The notes beneath the pieces were generated by a model. The model was not told the origin of the DNA. It did not search any database and saw only the letters and a list, made by a program, of their open reading frames with translations. A stretch of DNA of 5,434 nt from Fonticula alba ATCC 38817 (taxonomy: Eukaryota; Protista; Nucleariida), in assembly GCA_000388065.2 (NCBI GenBank), contig KB932210.1; one strand, given 5' to 3'. The first letter of the stretch is position 1. Each line of letters opens with the position of its first letter. Below, piece by piece: positions 1 through 5,434 of the stretch. A program made the translations under genes and the position numbers.

Positions 1-136
1 CCTCTTCTGCCCCCTCCCAGGCCGACGCCCTTGCCCGGGTGATGCATTCGCACCGGGCGTGCCCGGGCCCGCTCGCTGGCGTGTGGCTGGACCCCATCGG
101 TCGAGGGGGCGCCCGCAGGGGATGGCTGACATCGGC

Positions 137-149
137 GGGGGGGGGGGGG
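137..149. repeat. G13 homopolymer
   Basis: Counted directly. Confidence 0.9.
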
Positions 150-516
150 ACGTCATCCTTGCAGCACATAGCGCCGTATGATCGGCGCATGCGCGCGGCC
201 CGGGCGCCAGGCCGCCGCCCCGTCCTCCGCATGCCAGCCAGGCGTGGGGCACGGCCAGGCGGATGGTTCTCCCGGCCGGCGCCTGGCGTTGGTCCCGGCC
301 GGGCCCCGGCGGCCCATGCCATGGTGCGAGTATCGGCGGTGCCTGCGGCGACGGCGCTGTCCACGCGCCGGCGGCAGGGCTTCTCGGCGTTCTGCCCCTC
401 GCCCCGCCTGTCGGCGCGTGGGTGCACTTCCGGCCGCAGGGGGGCCTTTTGTGCGGGCGCCCGTCGGGCGCACCGCGCACCGGCACCGGAGGGCCCCGGC
501 GGCGGGGGCCGGAGCT

Positions 517-531
517 CGCACGCACGCACGC
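517..531. repeat. Short (CGCA)3 microsatellite
   Basis: cgcacgcacgcacgc. Confidence 0.6.
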
Positions 532-558
532 CGGCCGCGGTGCCACCCCATACAGGTT

Positions 559-574
559 CCCCCCCCCCCCCCCC
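559..574. repeat. C16 homopolymer
   Basis: Counted directly. Confidence 0.9.
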
Positions 575-701
575 GCATCCGGAGCATCCCGCCCGGCGGC
601 CACCCACGCATGGATCCCAGGTCGCCCGGGCGCAGGGGCGCCCGTCCGAAACATGCCCCCGGCCCCGCGGATCGCTCACCGTACATGGGCGGCGCACAAC
701 A

Positions 702-712
702 CCCCCCCCCCC
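702..712. repeat. C11 homopolymer
   Basis: Counted directly. Confidence 0.9.
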
Positions 713-782
713 ATCCGCGTGCGCCCCGCTGCCCCGGCCGGATGGGACGCAGGGGGCCCCCTGGCCGGGCGCGAGGGCGCGA

Positions 783-794
783 CCCCCCCCCCCC
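783..794. repeat. C12 homopolymer
   Basis: Counted directly. Confidence 0.9.
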
Positions 795-1047
795 GGGGCT
801 TGCCGGCGGGTGGTTCCATAACCGACTGCCAACTCTTCGGCCCGGGGCCCGAACGAAGCCCGGCCCCCGCGTGGCCGGCGAGCCTTTTCACACATTATGT
901 CCCATGTCGGTGGCCATATTGCGGCGGAGGCTTGCGGGGGGTCCGCACGGCTTCCGCGTGCCGAGGGGCCCCCTCTCGCACCCGCCGGCGGGGGGCGGCC
1001 GGCCTCCGGGAAAAGCGAGCGATATCCGCAGGCCTTTCCTTCGCAAG

Positions 1048-1057
1048 CCCCCCCCCC
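1048..1057. repeat. C10 homopolymer
   Basis: Counted directly. Confidence 0.9.
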
Positions 1058-1569
1058 GGCGGTCCCCAGGTCACCCGGGCCCGGGGGCGCGCGGCGCCTT
1101 GCCGGCAGTCGCCACGGGCGGGGCCGGCCGACGCTGCCCGGAGCCGGGCCGGGGGCTGGCCGCCACCACCGCCACCACCCCCGCGCGCGGGGCCCCCCTG
1201 GCCCTGGGGGGCTCGCTTTCTCGCTCGGCCGGCCGGCCGGCTCCCGGGCGGGGGAAATCGCCGGCCCAAGATTCCGGCCACCTCCCGGCCCCGATCCGGG
1301 GCCGATGCCACCCGCGGTCCAATGACCGGACCCACCAGCATGGCGAGACGCCGGCGAAGGTCCCCGCCAAGGCGCGTCCTGGCTCCCGGGCCGGGCCCCG
1401 TCGGCCACCCCCGTCGGCTGGGCCGTCCCCGGGGCCGGGAAAAAATCCCCGGGCTTCTCCCCACGCCCCTGACCCGGGCCTGCCTCGGCGCCGGCCCGGG
1501 TGGGTCCCCCCGTGCGAGCAGCCGGGGCTATATGGCCACGTAGCCCGGCCGGGGAAGGGGCCGGGACCG

Positions 1570-1578
1570 GGCCAATCT
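1570..1578 (+). promoter_or_regulatory. CCAAT box
   Basis: Exact match to the classical GGCCAATCT consensus, ending 137 nt upstream of the ATG in AT-poor sequence. Function not shown. Confidence 0.45.
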
Positions 1579-1590
1579 CCCCTGGCATCG

Positions 1591-1599
1591 CCCCCCCCC

Positions 1600-1641
<42 letters not shown>
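1591..1641 (+). repeat. Poly-C tract (C9-T-C41)
   Basis: Counted directly. The exact length may be uncertain in the assembly. Confidence 0.95.
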
Positions 1642-1643
<2 letters not shown>

Positions 1644-1711
1644 ACCGCCTCGCGCCCGCTCCTTCCATCGGCCCCTCTCCCGGGCTGACCGCCGCTGTGT
1701 CCACGCACCGC

Positions 1712-1718
1712 GCCATGG
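1712..1718 (+). promoter_or_regulatory. Kozak-type initiation context gccATGG
   Basis: Purine at -3 and G at +4, immediately before the signal peptide. Confidence 0.7.
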
Positions 1719-1816
1719 GCCGGACGCGGGGCGCGCCTCCGGCGCCGGGCGCCGGCCTGACGACGGTCCTGCTTCTTGTGGCGCTCTTGCTGGCCCTCGC
1801 CGAGGGGGTTCGCTCG
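1715..1816 (+). other. N-terminal signal peptide (likely cleavage after ...GVRS, mature N-terminus Gln35)
   Basis: MGRTRGAPPAPGAG (basic n-region), LTTVLLLVALLLALA (hydrophobic core), EGVRS|Q (small residues at -3/-1). Cleavage after ALA or AEG is also possible. Confidence 0.85.
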
Positions 1817-3065
1817 CAGGCGGACCTCTTCCTCCATGCGGGGCTGCTAAACGCCAGTACCATGGACCGGGCCGTGGCCTTCGTCACGCAGCCCGGGCAA
1901 ATGTCCCTGGCTCTCACCCAGCCCAGCTCCTCGATGCTGGAAATCATTCGCTCGGCCGACAGCACGGCCGTCGTGGAGGAGCTCCGCTGGGGCCCCTACT
2001 TCGAGGCATACCAAGTCGACATGCTGGTCCGGCCACGGGACCCCCTTTCGGCCCCCTTCTCGCTGATGGTCCTCCCGGCCCCCGGCATCAGCACGCCGCT
2101 GGTGGTCGAATACAACACGGCCCAGGTGGCCATGATGGAGTCGACCCAATTCTTCGCCTGGCCGGCCCCCCTGACCAAGGTGCTGGCCGGCCAAGCGGCC
2201 GGCATCAACACTGCCAGCCTGCTGCTGCTGGCCACCCCCGACCCGCTCCTGCCGCGCAACCTGCTGGAGATGCATCTGCCGCGATCCGGGATGTCGAGCT
2301 TTTTGTCGGTGTTCCAGGTGCCGCGAGACGCGGACCCGGTGCTGGCCGTCCCCGGCAAGCCGGCCTCCTACTATGTCTACTTCGACGGGAACATCCACCA
2401 TGTGCCGCTGCCGGTCCAGTCTCCCGGTTCCTCGGTGTCCCTCCCGCTGGGGGAGGATGTCCGAGGCCTGGTCGTGTCCTTCCTCGTGAGCGATATTTCC
2501 AACTGCCCGGGCGGCGACCTGGTGTTGTTGTTTTCCGACGGCCGGGTCGAAGTCCGGCCGTGCTTCGACTTCCCGGCCGGCTCGCAGCAGGCAACCCTCA
2601 CGGGGTTCCTCCCGCCGGAGGCCGGCGTCCCCGGGCGCTTCCTCAATCCCGACATCCACTCCAACACCAGCCCCCTGTTTCTCCTCTACTATGTGGCCCC
2701 CTTGGCCGGGCCCAGCCTCAGCATGGGGCTCTGGCAGGCGGACGTACGGCAGTCGTCCTTCTCCTGGCGCCGGGTGCACTTGCCATCGCGCGGCACCAGC
2801 GCCCTGGCAACGGCCAGCCTCGTTCGCCTGGCCGCGCCCAGGGGCCTCACCAAGTGGCTGCTCCAGTCGGATGGCGTGGTGCACTTCGACTCGGTGGACT
2901 TCCACTGCGCCCAGGACCCGACCATTGTCTGCGACTCGGCCAGCACCATCGAAAGGTCCCCCCTGGGGTGGATATGTGCCCCGGACCGGGCCATGTCGCC
3001 CTTCAGCGCGGCCGGCCGCCTGTGCGACGGCTGTGTCGATGGCTTCTACCTCGATCGAAATTCCC
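1715..3065 (+). CDS. Exon 1 of a large secreted/cell-surface Cys-rich protein (signal peptide, domain A, start of EGF/furin-like cluster)
   Basis: Frame +2 ORF (track 1697..3265). The track starts at GTG 1697, but the first ATG (1715, gccATGg) is followed directly by a signal peptide. Amino-acid composition is normal and third codon positions are mostly G/C up to ...CDGCVDGFYLDRNS. After that the frame degrades into repeat-derived sequence and stops at 3263-3265. The 3' end depends on the splice model (3065 or 3073). Confidence 0.88.
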
Positions 3066-3087
3066 GTGCGTCGGTATGCTCGCCTGC

Positions 3088-3119
3088 CTGGTGCCGCTGG
3101 CGCCGCTGGTGCCGCTGGT
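3088..3119 (+). repeat. Intronic 9-bp tandem repeat CTGG(T/C)GCCG x3.5
   Basis: ctggtgccg ctggcgccg ctggtgccg ctggt. Confidence 0.9.
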
Positions 3120-3128
3120 TTTGTTACT

Positions 3129-3162
3129 GCCACCGCCGCCACCGCCGCCACCGCCGCCACCG
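3129..3162 (+). repeat. Intronic 9-bp tandem repeat GCCACCGCC x3.8
   Basis: gccaccgcc gccaccgcc gccaccgcc gccaccg. Confidence 0.9.
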
Positions 3163-3175
3163 GCCTCCTCTCTAT

Positions 3176-3180
3176 CTAAC
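3176..3180 (+). promoter_or_regulatory. Intron branch-point motif CTAAC
   Basis: tctatCTAAC matches the CTRAY branch consensus. It lies inside the frame-switch interval and follows a pyrimidine tract. Confidence 0.7.
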
Positions 3181-3234
3181 CCGAGTTTGCCCGGACCACG
3201 CGTCACCCTGGCTGCTGTGGGTGCGGCTCGCCAG

Positions 3235-5434
3235 CCGGCCGGCCCTGTCAGCCCTGCATCGATAACTGCCGCACATGCGACGGCCCGGATCGCTGTCTCC
3301 TCTGCGATGGCCCGTTGGTGTTGGCCCCCTCCGGCATGGCCTGCCTGCCAGACTGCCCGTCGGGTTTCGCCTCGGTCGCCGGGACCTGTCAGCCGGATCC
3401 CCAGTCGCGGCCCCAGGCGGATACGCTGCTGACCGAGGCGGCTCCCGAAGAACTGGGCCCGGTGCCGGCTGCCAATCGATTTCTCCTGGCCCTGGCCGAC
3501 ACGCACCTGGTGGTCAGCCCGGCCGACGGGACGACCTACATCCCGGCCGAGGCGGTGCTCAATCCCGGAGCCCGGCGCTCCGGGGTGCTGCTCTTCTTCC
3601 AGGCTGGCCAGCCGCTGTTGACAACCTCCGCCAGCATTGGCCCCTCGTCCTCGGAGAAGCCGGCCCCGGTGGCCATCCCGCCGCTGGGCCTGGACTCCCT
3701 GTCGAATGTCGAGGCCTTCATGGAGGTGGGCCCCCTGGTGCGGGGCACGGAGGCCGAGTTGAACTTCGTCTTCTGCCCGCGCTCGCAAAATGTCCAAGTC
3801 GGCAAGCTCACCTGCGTGGTGGACCCCGGCTCGGAGAATGCCGTCTGCTCGCCGGGGCACTTTTCCCACAACATGATTTCGGTCTATGGGTGTCGGGATT
3901 TGCGGCGCGTCGATGATCGTCGCATTTTGATCTTCTCCTCGACCAATTTCATGTCGCTGGTGGTCTTCGACCCGTACAGCAGCGTGCGCATCCACTCCTT
4001 CGACGGGATGGACGCGGTGTTCCTGCCGCCGGAGCCCGGCCGGTGGGAGGCCGTCGTGTCGCCCATTCGCGATTGGATTCTCACCATCGGCCTGACGCAG
4101 TACCCGTCGGTCACGCCGCTGGACCTGCTGACCGGCGACTCGCGCCAGGCCGTCACCCAGACTCAACTGCTGGATGTGCCCCACTCGTGGCAGGGGGTGA
4201 ACTTCCTGCGCACCGCCGGGCCGGGCCGGCGCCAGCGCGAGGTGGTCCTCTCCCGGGTCAATGGCCTCCAGTGGGAGGTTGCCCTGCTCCGGGGGGATGT
4301 CCTGCCGTCCGGGCGGACGGTGGCCCTGGCACATCGGATCCAGCAGCTGGGCCGGCTGCCGGAGCCGGTGTCCTCCGGCATGCTGCGCTTTGTGGCCTTG
4401 GATGTGGACTGGCTCCCCGGCCGGCCGGGGGCCCTGTTCATGTTCACCGACCAGGTTGTCGGCCTGGCCATCCTCCACTGCCCGGAGGGTGGCGGCTCAC
4501 CACCCGGGCCCGGGGCTTGCCTCCTGCAGCACCTGTCGATAACCCTCCTGCCGAGGGATTTCCACACCAGCGGCCAGCCGGCCTTCTCCGGGCCGGTGAT
4601 CCTCCGGCCGGAGCCCGGCCACCAGGCGACCCTTGCCCAGGGCGCGGCCCCCTCCCCCGGGCATGTGCTCACGCTGATGGCCTTTTCCCCGGTGGCCGGG
4701 CCCACGCGCCTGGCCTTCGAGGCTGCCTGCCCGGACCCCGCCTCCTTCGGGCTGGACTGCCTGGCATGCGACCCGCTGTGCCGGACATGCGCCGGCCCGG
4801 GTGCCGGGGACTGCCTGTCCTGCATGCATGCCCTGCCCGAGGCGCCGGGCACCTGCCTGCCAGGCTGCCCGGCTGGTCGGCAGCCCACCTCGAGTGGGCT
4901 GTGCGGCTGCGGCTTCGGCTGCGTCGGGTGCAATGTGCTGCCCGGCGAGCCGGCCAGGTGCATGGCCTGCCAGCCGGGGCATGCTCCCTCCACCAGCCCC
5001 GGCTTCGCCGAGTCCTGCTCTCTTTGTGATGACTCCTGCGCCGAGTGCACGCTTCCCATGGAGCCCGGTGCTTGCACCAAGTGCCATCCACTGGCGTGGC
5101 TCTTTGGGGGGGCTTGCGTGGGGGCCTGCCCGTCGGGCTTCTGGCCGGACAGCGCCTCCGGCAGCTGTCTCCCCTGTGCCGCCGGCTGCGCCGCGTGCAC
5201 CAGCGCATCCGCCTGCACGCGGTGCGCCGACCGGCACTTCCTCGCTGCCGGGGTCTGCCACGTGTGTGACGGGTCGTGCGCTTCGTGCGCCAGCGCCACC
5301 GACTGCACCGTCTGCCGGCCGGGACTGGTCTTCCTGGGGACCGATGCCGGGCAGGCCTCCCTGTGCGGGAGCACCTGTGCGGCGGGCGAGTTCGCCGGGC
5401 CCGGCCGGTGCGCCGTGTGCGACGCCTCCTGCGC
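3235..5434 (+). CDS. Exon 2 (3'-partial): FU-like unit, domain B and furin-like Cys-rich repeat array
   Basis: Manual translation of frame +3 shows no stop from 3180 to the window end (GRPCQPCIDNCRTCDGPDRCLLC...RCAVCDASC). It is probably missing from the track because it has no in-window stop. It has strong GC3 bias and regular CxxC repeats. The 5' boundary is 3235 or 3186 depending on the acceptor. Confidence 0.9.
4728..5434 (+). repeat. Furin-like (FU / growth-factor-receptor type) cysteine-rich repeat array, at least 5 complete units plus one partial
   Basis: 40 Cys in 235 codons, arranged as CxxC-x3-CxxC-x5-9-CxxC units with CPxG(F/R)-type linkers, e.g. CSLCDDSCAECTLPMEPGACTKCHPLAWLFGGACVGACPSGFWPDSASGSCLPC. 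Confidence 0.9.

Larger units (their letters stand above)
3066..3234 (+). other. Spliceosomal intron (169 nt, phase 1), preferred model
   Basis: Donor GTGCGT at 3066-3071. Pyrimidine-rich stretch 3164-3177, branch-point CTAAC at 3176-3180 and acceptor CAG at 3232-3234. There is no AG between 3186 and 3232. Length mod 3 = 1, which is what joins frame +2 to frame +3, and it gives a clean GFYLDRNSPGRPCQPC junction. An alternative model (3074-3185) also restores the frame. Confidence 0.65.
2906..3395 (+). other. First Cys-rich cluster (EGF/laminin-like part plus one furin-like repeat), spanning the intron
   Basis: 14 Cys after splicing: C-x7-C-x14-C-x15-CDGC-VDGFYL-x8-CQPC-IDN-CRTC-DGPDR-CLLC-x12-CLPDC-PSGF-x6-C. 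The CxxC-x3-CxxC-x5-CxxC and CPxGF pattern is typical of furin-like repeats. Confidence 0.8.

Noticed and set aside
1162-1240. (GCCACCACC)2, 14-bp palindrome CCCCGCGCGCGGGG (1179-1192), gcccccc/ggggggc stem (1192-1212) and CCGG tandem
   Set aside because: Short palindromes and stems are expected by chance in DNA this GC-rich. There are no flanking target-site duplications or terminal repeats to suggest an element.
1684-1689. Branch-point-like GCTGAC just upstream of the ATG
   Set aside because: There is no AG before the ATG, and the next AGs lie over 110 nt downstream at the end of the signal-peptide coding sequence, so using them would remove a convincing signal peptide.
1697-1714. GTG start used by the ORF track
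   Set aside because: The context is eukaryotic. The ATG at 1715 has a strong Kozak context and puts the signal peptide at the N-terminus.
3074-3265. Idea that the frame change is a programmed frameshift or a pseudogene lesion
   Set aside because: There is no slippery heptamer. Canonical donor, branch and acceptor signals explain the shift, and both flanking exons are intact.
178-3432. 1084-aa frame +1 ORF overlapping the real gene
   Set aside because: It is P/R/G/A-rich low-complexity sequence with no motifs and reads homopolymer runs as poly-Pro. Over exon 1 it is the shifted frame, where stops are rare because third-position T is rare. Neighbouring frames (39..821, 263..1543) are also long, which points to composition rather than selection.
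1847-4478. Long antisense ORFs 1847..3160 and 3003..4478
   Set aside because: Each is in exact codon register with the sense exon it mirrors (frame +2 and +3). This is the usual antisense shadow of GC3-rich coding DNA.
4043-5374. Other ORFs over exon 2 (4043..5029 +, 4163..5374 -, 4497..5261 -, 4669..5208 - and shorter ones)
   Set aside because: They are off-frame or antisense shadows of the Cys-rich exon, and their periodic Gln/His/Ala/Arg content reflects the Cys codons.
1-5434. CRISPR array, tRNA/rRNA, transposase or other mobile-element genes
   Set aside because: I saw no spaced direct repeats, RNA gene signatures or recognisable mobile-element motifs.

Overview
Very GC-rich, eukaryotic-looking DNA. 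Positions 1-1714 look non-coding, with many C/G homopolymer runs. They end in a textbook CCAAT box (1570-1578), a C9-T-C41 tract (1591-1641) and a Kozak-context ATG (gccATGg, 1715). From 1715 to the window edge there is one large + strand gene that the ORF track shows only in part. Exon 1 is in frame +2. A spliceosomal intron follows (best model 3066-3234, GTGCGT...CTAAC...CAG). Exon 2 is in frame +3, and I translated it by hand with no stop to position 5434. The spliced product is at least 1183 aa: signal peptide, ~363-aa Cys-poor domain A, a 14-Cys EGF/furin-like cluster, ~444-aa Cys-poor domain B, then a furin-like (FU) Cys-rich array running off the window. It looks like the ectodomain of a large secreted or cell-surface receptor. 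The GC content and repeat style remind me of the FU-repeat receptor/TKL-kinase families of the amoeba Fonticula alba, but that is inference from memory, not a database result. All other long ORFs in the track look like GC-rich shadow frames.
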